From positions 1 through 64,000 of the forward strand of contig JAMDHS010000094.1 of NCBI GenBank assembly GCA_029717555.1: a stretch of 64,000 nt of DNA, given 5' to 3'. The stretch comes from Peribolospora baueri. Taxonomy: Eukaryota. The notes below the pieces were generated by a model. That model searched no databases. It had not been told where the DNA came from and saw nothing but the letters and a program-made list of their open reading frames with translations. Shown in pieces: positions 1-13,074 of the stretch. Positions within the stretch are counted from its first letter, which is position 1; each line of letters opens with the position of its first letter. Position numbers and translations under genes: made by a program.

Positions 1-29
1 TTTTTTTTCACTTGCCTCGTCGACGGCAG

Positions 30-1390
30 CGGAGGACATCTACACGTGGTCTCGCCTGATCCCACTCAAGAAAGTCAAGGTCGTCATTCTCGGACAGGAT
101 CCTTATCACGGGCCTAACCAAGCTCATGGTGCGTCGCCTGGCCTGCTTGATCGAGAGCCGCCCTCGGCTGGCGAATCCTGAACGAGTTCTCCATCGGGAT
201 CGGGCGCGTCAAACCGGAAGGAAGCTCACCCAAGTCATTGCGCCGCGCCGCATCTCACAGGCCTCGCGTTTTCAGTAAGACAAGGCATCGCCGTGCCGGC
301 ATCACTCAGGAACATATACGAGGAGCTTAGCAGAGAGTATCCCGACTTTAAGGCGCCGCGGCATGGGTGAGTCTCCAAGGGCTCGTTGACATCTCCACTC
401 TTTTGCTCGCCGTTCTCAATTGTTTCCTCGATTGACGAGCAGGTACCTCGAGGGATGGGCGAAGCAGGGCGTCTTGATGCTCAACTCTTCCTTGGTGCGT
501 GTCGACCTATTCTCGTCTCCGTCACGTCAACGTCTCTTTTCGCGGGCCGCTCACACAAGCCGCCCATGTCGCTCTCTCGCCACGTGCCTCGGCCATCATC
601 GCCCTCCACAGACCGTCCGTGCCTCTCAAGCCGGTTCTCATGCCAACAGAGGGTGGGAGAAATTCACCCGAGCGGTCATACGCGCCCTCGTCGCAGCTCA
701 GTCCAAGACTGCTGGCGACTCGGCCTTGCTGAAGCCTAAGCGAGCTCTCACATCTAACAACGGCGCCGGTAACCGTAACAGTGCGACGAGCACGCCGAAA
801 TTGACGAATCAGAAGAGCCTCGATGGATGGTTCAAAAAGAAGGAACCAGAGGCCAAAAAGGAGGTTGTCGTCGTCGCTGAGAAGAGTGACGCCGTCAGCG
901 CCTTGTCGAACGGAGCGGCAACTGTCTCTGCGGCGACGAAGGAGTCGGACGTGGCGCTCCACAAGGGGCAGCAGGCTGCGCCAGTCCTCAAGCAGGCTTC
1001 TCTGTCGCTCACCGAGACCGACAAGTCTGAAACGGGGCCGACCAAGACGGCGATGGGTATCGTCTTCCTCGTCTGGGGTCGACCGGCTGAAAAGATGATC
1101 AACGAAGCCAAGGTGGGAGAGGTGAGTGAACGCCACCTGGCCCAGGTCATCTTCTCTTTTCCCCTCTTCGTCGAACATAAATCTGCCGCTTGCGCGCTCA
1201 TTCATCCTCGCCCCTTCGCTGCTCTAAACAGTTCGGAACGCCACACCTGGTCCTTCGCTCGCCTCATCCCTCTCCCCTCTCCGCCCACCGCGGCTTCTTC
1301 GGCAACGGTCACTTCAAAGGCTGCAACAACTGGCTAGAGAACCCTCAGCGATACGGGCCTGGAGGTGGGATAGATTGGGGCAAGCTCTGA
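30..1390 (+). CDS. UNG1: Uracil-DNA glycosylase, family 1 (5' end lies upstream of the window; multi-exon)
   Basis: Spliced exons give [70 protein letters not shown] and [21 protein letters not shown] introns; stop at 1388-1390. Confidence 0.95.
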
Positions 1391-2104
1391 GAAAAACGGT
1401 CTGGCGAATTCTAGCCCGCCAGGCACCGGCTTCGCGCCCTAGTGTTCCCTATCGCGACTGGCCATCGACGGACCTTCACTTTCTTTCTTATACCACCCGC
1501 AAGAGACCACAGGTCTTCTTATACTCCTCTTGCAATGAACATTCGACGACGAATCTATTCCTGGAGGGCGTGCGCCGTGAACGCCACGTCCACCGCCGAT
1601 GACGGCGACGGAGCGACCGGCAGAGGCGGCCTTGGTCATGAAGCCGCCGTTGGAGCTTCCCGAGATCGGGCATGCGAGCAAGGACAGAGCGTCAGAAGGG
1701 GGCGGGCGGGGGACTACGAGAGGGGCACCCGAACTGATGCTGGGGAAAACTTCGGTTTGGGAGGTTTGCACTCCGGCTCACCAGTGTCACAGGGCGGCCA
1801 GTGATGATAGGCGTTCGTTCGTCTCATCACTGAAGGGCATGGTGCCATTGGAGGACCTGGCTGCAACCATCTTTGGCCTCCTTTTAGGTCAAGTGAAGGC
1901 GGCGGTGTCAGTGCGGCGAATGGGGTGATTGGTTGGCGAGGAGCGGTCCTACCGTGGCTGCCCAAACCACGAATGAAAAATGTAACGCTGTCTACGACGC
2001 CCGTGTCTCTCTATACGCTTCACGTTTCCAAAAGGGAATCTTTATTTCTTCCACCAGGAGATTGAAAAAGTCACATGGCCGTCGGGAAAGCGGAAAGTTA
2101 GCGT

Positions 2105-4169
2105 TCAGAACACCGTCCCATCGCTTCTAATCTCGATCGGCGGACCGCCGTCCTCCCTCTTCTTCCTCGCAATCTCCCTGCCCCCCTTCCAGCTGGCGCT
2201 CTCGAGAATCTGCGGTAGCGTGAGGTTCGGCGCGCCGAGCTTTGCGCGGATACGCTCGGCGAGGCGGTCGAGAAGGATGACCGTCAGTGCGCGCCATTCG
2301 ATAATGGCGGGATGCGACGGCTCGAGAACGGGGACCGGGGAGGCAGCCTCGAGACTAGCGGAGAGGAGCGCTGTAGTGGGTGTCAGGACGCCGAGGTCAA
2401 CGAAGAGACCGCCTGCGTGTGTGTGAGTGAAGGCGGAGCGAGGGACGACGAAGGAAGCAGAATGGCCATGTCAGTCTCGGAGGCCGTCCCAGTCCACTGC
2501 GCGAGTGCCTTATCCCCGCTCACTCACCGTTTCTGTATTCAGGCAAGCCCGTCATGTCGTTCATGCCCTCGAATTTCCAACCCATAACCTTCTCAATCGG
2601 CTCCACGACCGAATACGTCATCCACTGACTGAGCTTGTGGAACGGTACCAGGCTCTCCTTAGAGCCGTTGGGGACTCCTAGACTCTTGGACAAAGAATCG
2701 CACGGCCAGACGTCACCAAGCGAGACGCCGTCGAGCATGGTACGCGATGGAGGCCAAATGGGCGCGAGACCGACGAGGAGAACTTCCCAAAGAGCGGAGA
2801 TGGGGAGGATGAGTTCGCCGGAGGCCGATTTCTTACCCGATGGGTGAGACGCCAAATAGTCTGCACAGCGCGAGCGGGCGAAAAATGGTGAACATGAGTC
2901 AGATCCAACTGGGAAGCCAGCAGATGATGGCGGCTGAATACAAGCTGTGCTCACCGATAAGGTTCCCTGGCCTGAAGCCGTTCCTTTGCGGATCCGCACC
3001 ACCAAAGAAGTCGGCCCTAGCCTCCAAGGCGGAAGCGAGATTGACGAGCAAGGTAGCGCGGCCATCGATACCCGTCATCGGGTTCGCCTCCGGCTCGACC
3101 TGCATAGCTGTTGCCAAAACAGAAGGGTCTAGATTTGCCAAGCCCTTGGCTGAATGGACAGTGAAGGAGGGAAAGGTCAGTCAAAGAGCTAGGGGCCCAT
3201 AGCCACGTCATGTCTCGCATATCTGAGCGCCCAACAAGCATGGACCAGAGCGTTGGCTACAAAGCAGAAGCCGCTCGACTCACAGTCAACGCGTTCCAGC
3301 ACGTTTTCGTCACTGCTGAACAGGCCTCCCTTGAACATATCCAAGCTAGCGACTGCCAAACCCTCGCTCCTTCCGAACCTGAGGCCAGTGCTTTTCTCCT
3401 CGTAGCTCCACTTGGCGCCGGCTCCAGCGTCGAGGAGGACAGAGACAACGAAGAGGTCAACGAGGCGTCGAGTGATCTCCATCGGCGGAACTGAGGGAGA
3501 GTCCGGCGAAGGCTGGGCCCAGCGAGAGATCATGGGGATTAGACGAACTTGGCCGCCAAAGTCGAAGTGCCGCCATCGCCCATGTGGTGGGATCTGAAGG
3601 GCCAAAAAGAGTAGAAAAGAAAGGGAAAATGTCAGTCATGACAAGCGCTAAACAATCAGCCATGAAGCAAAAGCATTCACTCTGCTCTTACCTTAGAATA
3701 ATCATCACCGAAATCTCTCTATTGGGCGCGGGGAGGAGGGACATCACAAGGGTGTAAAGAGCACAGAGGAAGGAATGAGAACCAGAGAGTGAAAGAAGGA
3801 TGCGGAGTGGTGGCGGCAGTCAGTCGCCGATTCTCCTCTAAACCATGCCCACCTGCACCTGTGCATCACCGTCGCCGGCGACCTAGGGTGCTCACGCACC
3901 TTGATGATGTCCGCAGCGTACTCCACCACGTCCCCTTCCTTCGCAGGGTTGTACGTGAAGTACTCCGTCTTCGAGCTCTCGGCCAGCTTAAAGACTTTTG
4001 TACACTGCTCGCGAGTCGTGGTCAGTGACCTGAGATGGGAGACCTGTGGGCGCCCAGGACCACGTGAGGAAAGAGGAGGAACGGTAAGGTGAGCAGACTC
4101 GCCGCCGGGCGCGAAAGAGAGCGGAGCGCGGAGGATCAATCTTCTCCTTACACTGGAGGTGATGGACAT
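2105..4169 (-). CDS. URC4: DUF1688 / uracil catabolism protein 4 (Urg3-like), multi-exon
   Basis: IPPHGRWRHF, LVDLFVVSVLLDAGAG..W, GRSEGLAVASLDMF, LVPFHKLSQWMTYS, TGLPEYRNG; C-terminus WKGGREIA..GGPPIEIRSDGTVF*. Confidence 0.88.
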
Positions 4170-4689
4170 GTTGATCCGGGCGGACGACTGAGAGGATTTC
4201 TTGCAGAAAGAAGAGGACGGGGCAGCGGAGATAGAGGAGGAGGAGGCGAGAAGGACAAGTCGGCGATGGCGTCCTTATCGCGCCCCTCGCACCGGCTTAG
4301 TCAGCACGATCTGTTCAACGTCCACGCCTTCGCAGATATCGAGTGACTGCACTCCTTATCGTCTTGACCTTGCGTGCCCGACGACGAAGACCTACAGCGT
4401 GGAATCCGCCGTAAATCCTGCGCAGTCAGTTTTGGAAGAGGGGACTTCCGGACACCTTCAAGTCCTTGTACGTGCGACCCGCCCTACAGCTTAAGAACAC
4501 CTTCGATTGAAACTGGCGCTGGACAGCATGCAAGACAATGTAGGGTACAAGTACATAACTCGTTTCAACGTTCGATGATTAGCGCGGGTTCTCGCCCCAT
4601 ATGGCAATAAGCCAGGTCTCCGTGCCATCGACCCCATTCATCAACCCTTCTACTCCACCGTCCACCCCTCTGACACCGTCTCCCAAACT

Positions 4690-5793
4690 TCAAATCCTCT
4701 TGGCAACCTCAATGGCCACCTTACAGCCCGCTCCGATAACGGCGCTAAGGAGCGCGTGAGCGGGCGCCTGCTGGGCGTGATTTTCGACGGCTGTGTCGAG
4801 ATGCTCCAACTCGTCATCGCGAAACTCGGTGATGATTTGAGAGAGGAGCGTGAGCGAGGCATGGATGCGTGTATGTGAGGTTGACGGGGCCGATTCAAGG
4901 TCGGCGAACGATGCCGTGGATGTGGACGATGACGGCGAGGGTGGATGAGAGGGTGGATGAGAGGTTGCAAGATATTTAAGTTGGCTGCGAGAGTGGCGTT
5001 GGGACGACAGAATGAGTTAAAGCCGGGTTTACACAGACCGCCGTCGCGACGGCAAGATTAACATCCGTCGACAGTGCCACTTGTCGTCGGAGCTGAAAGG
5101 TCGCACGACTGCATCTTCCCTTGACCTACTCACTCATCATAATGCTCCCCGATCACAGTTTCTACCGCCTCCGTACAGGCCATAGCTGCCTCCCTCCCCA
5201 TGAGCGCAGTGCCGGCACCGACAGCGAAGCCAGCAGCTTGCCAGAGCGGGTGGAGAAGGGAGGGGCGGACGCGATGCTGGGTCACGAGGGCGTCCATCAC
5301 GCGGAGGTGTTTCCGCTCATTCTCCCACATTTCCTGTTCATCCATAGAACAGCCGTCCAGGATGAGCAACCCCTTCTCAGAGCAATGTCTCTCCCCTGAC
5401 CCCAATACGATGAAATCTTGCCTGCCCTCCACTCACCTCGATCAATTGAGCCAGCTCCCGATCCTTCCCCCTATTGAAAACAGCTGCTTGCCCACGATAA
5501 ATCCAATTGGCGCCCACCTCTCCAGCCTGGTCTACTCGGATGATGCTCTCCAGTTTCTGGCGTTGCTCCGGGGTCAGGTGCGGGGCGGTTGCGGTGGTAG
5601 CTGCAGAGGACGAATGCGGGTCAGAATGGGGGTTGGTGTAGGCGTCTGATGCGAGGTGTCGGTTCTGGTAAGCAAAATCGGTGGCAGTGACTGCGAAGCG
5701 CGGTCGGCCGATTGTGCGCAAAAAGAGAGGAGTGACTCCCGGTGCTGAGTGAGGTATTGCCGAGTACAAAAACGATCCCATGTTCTGTGGCAT
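4690..5793 (-). CDS. COQ7: 5-demethoxyubiquinone hydroxylase (di-iron) domain; in frame with the upstream MTO1 reading frame
   Basis: [72 protein letters not shown] (stop 4690-4692). The start is uncertain: an internal ATG at 5793 or 5781, or a fusion to MTO1. Confidence 0.93.
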
Positions 5794-5935
5794 TCGGGGC
5801 GGAGGATGGCCTTCGTGGAATTCGAGGCGAGGCACTCTTGTCGGACCCACGGTAGTGTATGTTCGGTGCTGTTCAGCCACAGCGGGACGCAACACCTCGG
5901 GGAGACTCTTCAATCTTCGCCTTCCTGAAGGCTGG

Positions 5936-8712
5936 TCATCTCTGCGCTGCACGAAATGGAAAAGCGCCATGACCGAGGCGGGTGTGATGCCTTCCATGCG
6001 CTTGACGGCACCCAGCGACCTCGGCTTGAGCTGGTTTAGACGCTCCTTCCACTCCAAGCTGAGGCCGTGGACTTGCTTGTAATCGAGGGAGGCAGGAAGG
6101 AGCAGGTCCTCGTCCTTGAGGAAGCTGCGGACGTCCGCAGCTTGACGAACTAGATGAGGGCGGTAGCGGCCTGTCGGTGCGCACCAGGTGTACATGGGAG
6201 CAGCGAAGAAAAAGGCAGCGTGAGAGATGTATGCTCAGCCTCTGATACGCTTGCTTGACGTGCGCAGTATACACTCACCTTCTACGTCCAGACGCTCCAT
6301 AATGTCCTCATCGAGCTCTGACAGCTCAGGCACGACTTGTGCGAGAGCAGACAGCGTGATTTCCGGGAACCGGAGCAGGTCCAGTGCTCTACATTGAAGG
6401 GAGAAACAGAAGTGACAGCGGGAGAGCGTCAACCCCTCTGTCGTCCTAATCGTCTGTGCGCGCACACTCACGATCGGAGTTGAGCATCCCTCTTGACTCT
6501 GAAGCCCAACCTCTCCCAGCCATGCGGGCTCTCCACTTTCTTCTGCAGCGCCTGAAGACCCTGCTCGAGCTGGTTCTGCGTGTCAGAGAAGACAGCCCAG
6601 CGGGACTCGTCGATGGCGCCCACTTGGTGAGCGAGCGGCGTCAGTCGCAAGTCGGCATTGTCGGCGCGCAAGGTCATACGGTATTCCGAACGGGAGGTGA
6701 ACATCCGATCTGCCATATATGAGGATGCAAACGGAACCGCCCAAATGTGAGATGTCGCCGTTTGTTTGGCTTCATATAAATGTCCTATCACCGGATCGTG
6801 CTCACAAGGTTCCTCGACCCCTCTCATCACGAGGTCGTCCACCATGACGCCCACAAAACCATCCGCTCTGCCCAATACCAAGGGATCTTTCCCCAGCGCC
6901 GCTAGACCGGCGTTCAGACCCGCAATAGCGCCCTGAGCCGCCGCCTCCTCGTATCCCGTAGTACCGGTGATCTGACCGCTCATAAACAGGCCCTTGATGC
7001 GCTTGGTCTCGAGCGTGTGCTTTAGCTCGCGGGGATCCACATGGTCGTACTCCACGCCATAGCCAGGCCGCACCATTTCCACCTTTTCCAAACCAGGCAC
7101 GGTGCGCAGCATCTCTAGCTGAACCTCCGGCGGAAGTGTGACAGAGAGCCCGTTAGGATAGATGAGGTCGGTATCATAGCCCTCCGGCTCAAGCCAGACG
7201 ATGTGGGCCTCTTTCTCCTTGAAACGGACCACTTTGCTCTCGATGGACGGACAGTACCGCGGTCCTTTGACCGTCTCGCGAATGTGCATCGTCTTGTCAA
7301 GATTGGACAGGATTAGGGCGTGAGTGGCTGAGGTAGTCCGGGTCTGGTAGCATGGGATTTGGTCGGCCTATGATTGACAACGAAAGAATGCCATATTCAG
7401 AATTTGGTCGTACGAATGGGTGTGCGTGTCGTAACTCGAACTCACTCCTCTAACTCGGAAACCTAAGCTGGTCTTTAAAAAGCTGAAACCCCTCGGGTCT
7501 TCATCACCGTCCATCCTCTGGAGGGGAACGCCACTGCGCTCCCCCGCGTAGTCGATCGAGTCCTTTTGCAACCGCGGCGGCGTACCCGTCTTAAGCCTGC
7601 CGAGCTCGAATCCGGCGTTGCGGAGCGTGGTGGACAGTCCAGCGGGGGATGATCGGTCTTGCAGCCGCCCCCACGAGGGAAGGACGTCCAAACCTATATG
7701 GAGCTCTCCGCCGAGAAATGTGCCGGTTGCGAGAATGACTTGGGAACACGGAATCATGTCGCCAGATTCTGCAACGGCATCGACCGAAAGTCAGTAAGAT
7801 CTAGCGCCACGCATGCACATCCACTCTTCCATATACCGGCCGGGCAAGGCCACTCACCAAGTTTGACGCCCTCCACCTCGGCCCAGACGCCGCTATTCAA
7901 ATGTCCGGTGACATTGCCTTCGCCAGTAGAGAGAAATGCCAAGTCGTGCACGCTGCCCTCGCGCACCTCCAAATTAGGGTGGGCCTTAGGACCGAGGACA
8001 AGTTGCTGCATCGCCTGACGGTACAGCTTGCGATCCATCTGCGCCCTGGGGCCATGAACGGCTGGGCCTTTGGAGCGGTTGAGCATGCGAAATTGAATCG
8101 CCGCTTCATCTGTTTCCGGAAAAGGCAGTCACGAAAAGCGAGGTCTGAGAACACCGGGGTGTCGTCCATAGAAACGACCGCCGCTTCCTGATGGCCGCGG
8201 CCAGCCCACTCACCGGCGACCCTGCCCATCAACCCTCCCAAGGCATCCACCTCCCTGACCAGCGTTCCCTTTCCAATCCCTCCAATCGAAGGATTGCAGC
8301 TCATCTCTCCGATGGTGTCTTTGCGCTGCGTGAGCAAGAGCGTCTTTGCGCCCACTCGCGCAGAAGCCGAGGCGGCTTCGAGCCCGGCGTGGCCGGCGCC
8401 GATGACAACCTGGTGCGGCAGTCACGCCATGCGGTCGTGTGAGGCGTTGATTTGAAAAAAGAGCGGGACTAGAACGTCGGTGCGTACGATAAGCTATCGA
8501 ACACTCACTGTGTCATACTCTCCCTCTTTTAAAGGCCTCCTCCTTCCTCCAGCCGGCACCTTCGCAGCAGGGGTGGGGGCGGAATGGCGAGCGTAACACC
8601 GCCAGCTGAGGTATACCGGTACGGTGCCTATCCCCGCAAACGGCTTACGTCCAAACCCCAGCCGTCTGGCGCGGAGAATGGAGTGCCCGACTGGTGCTGA
8701 AGAAAATGGCAT
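5936..8712 (-). CDS. MTO1: Mitochondrial tRNA modification enzyme MTO1/GidA(MnmG), multi-exon; no stop codon before COQ7
   Basis: Arg-rich presequence-like N-terminus, [93 protein letters not shown], GidA C-terminal KRMEGITPA. The lower coordinate is the approximate domain end. Confidence 0.95.
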
Positions 8713-8937
8713 GGGTGGGCTGTATGGTCACGATCAATGCGAAGGTGAACGTTGGAGGACGTCCAGTGAAGGCGAGCGGCGACAGGCGGATTTAGGTTTC
8801 TTTCGCGACCTTATCCGAATCCGATACCGCCATCAATCCTAAGTCTGTTCCCATCAATTATGACCTTCCAAGTACATACATGATCCCGTCTTCGTCACCA
8901 GAAGCACGATGGAAGGATCTCATCAACCTCCATCAAG

Positions 8938-11900
8938 TCACGACTGCTGCTGCAGCAGCCTCGTCCAATCGAACCGATCGTACTGCTTCCTGAACCGAGC
9001 TACCCGCTCCGCGTCCGACTTGCGATCCAGCCGCTTCGGCTTTCTCCACCTTCGCGGCTCCAGGTCGAGCTGGTTCCCAATGATCTCTGCAGCGAACCAC
9101 CTACGCGTGTTCGCGATTGGTAGAAAGCGATGTACGAAGGCGAGGAGAGATGTTAGCGACGAAAAGAGTAGAAAGGAACAACGTGTTTGACTGAGACTAG
9201 CTCGTCCAGTCATATCGCACCTGGGGAACTCCTCTGCGCCGGTCCCTGTCGTATTCTCGAAATCATAGCCGTCGCCAGCGCCGTCGCCATCAGCGCCATC
9301 AATACCTTCGATCACGTGGCCGTATCCCTTTTCGCCCTTGTAATCGAACTGGACCATGAAATACGGCAGGTTGGGAACCATGGAGCGGCGGAATCCTTTG
9401 GAAGCGAAATCAATGAGCTTTTTGTGCTGCGACCACTCCTCTTCGGAGGACAGAATTGATTCCTGTCATCCATAAAGGTAGGACACAACGCCAACGAAAT
9501 GCGAACCTGCGTATCAGTAACACTCCCTCCTGAAGGAGAGGAACGGCAAGCGCTCACCCTGAAGTACGCAGGCAGGTCCTGGAACAGGTCCCAAGGCACG
9601 GGGACGGCCTCAATGTACGTATGCCGCTGGGGCTTGAGGCTGACGATCGTCTCAAAAAAGACAACGCCCTTGTTGTCCTCTGCGTGCATCTGTATTAGGC
9701 ACTTCATGAAGTTCTGCGGAGCCCGTAAACAGATCAGATAGAGTCGACGATGATAGCGAGAGTGTGAACGGCATCAGCACATCTATTGATTAGATCGTTA
9801 GTCGATAGACGAATGACAGACGGCAGACAAAAGGGAAGCGCACCTTGACCTCATCCCAACCATCATCATCTGCTTCGAGCATACTCAAATGATGCTGCAT
9901 AGGCACGATGAGACAATGTCCCTTGACGAGCTCTTCGTTCTGAGGGAGGGCGAGGTAGACGCGAGTGCCACTTGCCACCGTCGCCGCACGCGGTGGGCGG
10001 GCGCCTTCATCTTGCCAGCAGAAGGAACACGTATCCAGAGCTTTCTTCGTGCGGGCGTAATCTGAGAGAGAAACGATGCGAGAGGAGCAATGACGCGGAG
10101 GACAATACGGTAAGCGTCAGCGAGCGCCCTCCTGCCGTGTCTCCGAGTGTCCGGGATCGCGGAGGTCGGTGGGAAAGGCGAATCACACACCTTGAATAGC
10201 AAACTGCCGTTTCATCGCATCAGTCTTCATTTTTTTTCTCGCAAGCCTTTCGGCATTCTCATCCATATATTCGAGGTCGTCCTGTCGTAGTCCCATTCAT
10301 ACACCCAGTGGAGCAGTGCAAGAAAAGACGTTATTCAATCAGCTATAAGTAGGCAGTGATGCGAGAGAGAAGCTCGAAGAGCAGACAGTCCTCGTTACTG
10401 ACCTGGAACTTGGCATCTGTGGCGATCCTCCTCGCCATCTCGGCGTTGATATTCTTTTGATCCGCGCTCCCGCCTCCGAAACGCTCCTGGCGCACCAGCT
10501 CAGCCAAGCTGACATCGTCGTCGTCCGCATTGTATCGGAGAAGCTCGCCCGTCTTGGGGTCACGAGTTTCGAACTGGAGGAAGATGAACAAAGAAGCATG
10601 CAGACAAGAAAGATTGCAAGTGGTATTGTAGACGTGAGGGGAAGCTCGCGACAGCCTGGCGGATAGGATAGCCAGCAAGAAAGCAAGAAAGCGGACAATC
10701 CGAAAGGCTCACCTTCTCCCTCTTGCGCTTATTCCCCGGTAATACTGTTTCATCCTCCCCCGGTGCGCCCCTTCCGACATCGTATAGCCTCCCACGCCCG
10801 TCCAACGTAGGTAGAACCTGTACGCGCTCTCTCGTCCCGCCGCCGTGCTGTTCGCTTCGCACGTCCTTGCCCTTACCCTTATCCTCCCCGCCAACCTTGA
10901 CGGCGCCATCTCCCGTCCCCCATCCTCCACCCTCATCGTCACCACTCCTTGCTCTCCTTGCCTCTCTCTCATACTCCTCCTCCAATCTTTCCGCATCATC
11001 GTCGCCCGCCAATTTGGCCCTCAACACTTTGGCCTGCAGCCTATTGAGCTCGTCGTCGGTCAGCGGAGGACGGGAGAGGGAGGAAGGACCGGACTGGGAG
11101 GCGGCGAGGGCGGAGATGGTTTTGTCCGTTGTGCCGGGGGGGATGGGCGGCGTTCGTTCCGCCGAGTCGGAAGGCCGACCTTGTTGAGCCTTAACCCCGG
11201 TGCCCGCGGCGACGCCGGCGACGGTCGCGGTCCTTCGAACGTCGATATGCGTCGGCGTGAACACGCTCGGGATGGGCGTGGAGGTCTTGCTGCTCCCGCC
11301 GGCGCCCTTACCGCTTGGCGTCGAAGGAGAGGGGCTGCGCTGACCGGGGCGCCGGAAAGAGCTGCGGCTGCTAGGACGAGAGGGACGACCGCCAGACGCG
11401 AAAACGGAAGAGGCCGGGGAGTCCGTGGAGAACATGAGGCCACGCCGGCCGCTTTGAGTAATCGTCGACGAGTCTCTGTCGCCGCCGCCGGGGGTGTCAG
11501 CTCCGCCCCGAGCGCTCTTCCTGCTCTCCCTTCTCGCCTTCCGCTCCCTCTCTTTGTCATCCAACCATCTCCTCTCGTTCTTGGCCTCGTCGAATGCCTC
11601 TAAGCTCCCGTAACGCTCCAGGGCCACATCCTCCACCGGCCGCCCTTCCTCTGAAGCTTGTTCGTACACTCGACGAAGCTTCGCCATGCGCCAGGACGAA
11701 CCTGGGTCGCCTGGCTTGATCGTTTTCGGCGTCGCTGGGGATCGAGAAGGAGAAATAATCGATCAAGGTTTCGCCCCCTACGCTTGCTCGTTCACTCAGT
11801 AACAAGCGACTGACTCACTTGTCTCATAATCCTCCAATTTTTTCCCCTCCACAAGCTGCTTGTTCAGCTCCATGCTGGAGATCTTTAGCTGATCCGGATC

Positions 11901-13074
11901 CGGCCTCTCCTCCTTCGGCTTTTTCTGCCTCTCCGTTCCCAAGCTGGCAAAGAAGTCTCCGTCCGCATCCTGACTCGCCCTTCCGCCTTCCCCTCGAGAG
12001 GAAGAAAAGGCATCGGTAGGCAGGAGAGGTCGCGAATGTCGGAAGTCCACTTTGCCGGCGAGCGTGCGACGGCCACCGCCCGGTCCGGTGACCTCGTCGC
12101 TGTCGTAGCCTTCCGCCATTTTTCCCCGTCCCACATTATCAATATCATCGTCTCCAATCGGTTCTACGGGTTCGACATCCGGCTCCGACTCCTGTGCACC
12201 TGGTCCCATGCGCACGCCCTCTCTGCCGAGATCAGCGTGCCTCCTCACTTCTCCTTGCCGCGCCGGCTCGTCAGCTGTGGAGGTAGAAGAGAAAGAATCG
12301 ACGAGCATCCAGTCGTCTCGCTTGAGCTGCGTGAAGGCGGCTGGATCACCAGGCAGTCCTGGGAGGACTGAGGAGGACGGCGCATGGGAGGTCAAAGAGA
12401 GCGACGCGGAGGTGGGGATTAAGGTAGTGGGATCGGGCTGCGAAGAGAAGAGAGAGAGAGGCGAGTCAGGAGCAAGACTTAGGAGCAAAGATGCTACCCT
12501 ACCATGACTGGGTTGCGCAATACAGCATGAAAGATGGACGCACCTCCTCTCCACCACCCACGACTTCCGCTCCCGTCCTCTCGCCGGCAGAGTCGTCCAG
12601 CACCCTAGGCATCGCCTCTCCATCATCATCCACCACCTCCAGTCCTTTCCTCCTCTCCTTCTCCTTCTCTCTGTTCTTCCGTTCCCTCCTCCTCTCTTCG
12701 CGATCAGCGGATGTGGAGCGAGACCTTGCCGGCGAGCGGCGTCGATGCTGGCGGCGGTCATCGTCGCCGTCGCGGTCATGACGCCGGTGAGAGTGGCGGT
12801 GACGATGGCGAGAATGGTCATCTCGGTCCTCACCGTCCTTGTGCCTATGCCTTCTCTCTCTCCTCTCCCCCTTCTCCCTGTCCCTAGAGAGGGAACGGTG
12901 TCGATGAGAGGAGCGCTCATGCCCATCATCGTCTTCCTGCCGCGAAGACCCGTGATGGTCACGGTCACGGTCACGGTCATGTTTGTGACTGCGGTGGTGG
13001 CGGTGGGAGGAGCGTTCCTCCCTCCGTTCCCTGTCGTCGTGTCGAGAAGACGCCGATACGCCCTCTGGTGCCAT
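8938..13074 (-). CDS. CWF19: CWF19-like (CWF19L2/Cwf19) spliceosome protein with CwfJ C-terminal domains, multi-exon
   Basis: R/H/D-rich N-terminus, KRDDWM, SWRMAKLRRVYEQA..ERYGS, CPFC, GHCLIVPMQH, HTYIEAVPVP, PNLPYFMVQF..GYGHVIE, FDWT. Confidence 0.85.

Noticed and set aside
1439..1965. Short ORFs between UNG1 and URC4; MPFSDETNERLS is vaguely Tom7-like
   Set aside because: Early stop and no coherent spliced model could be built.
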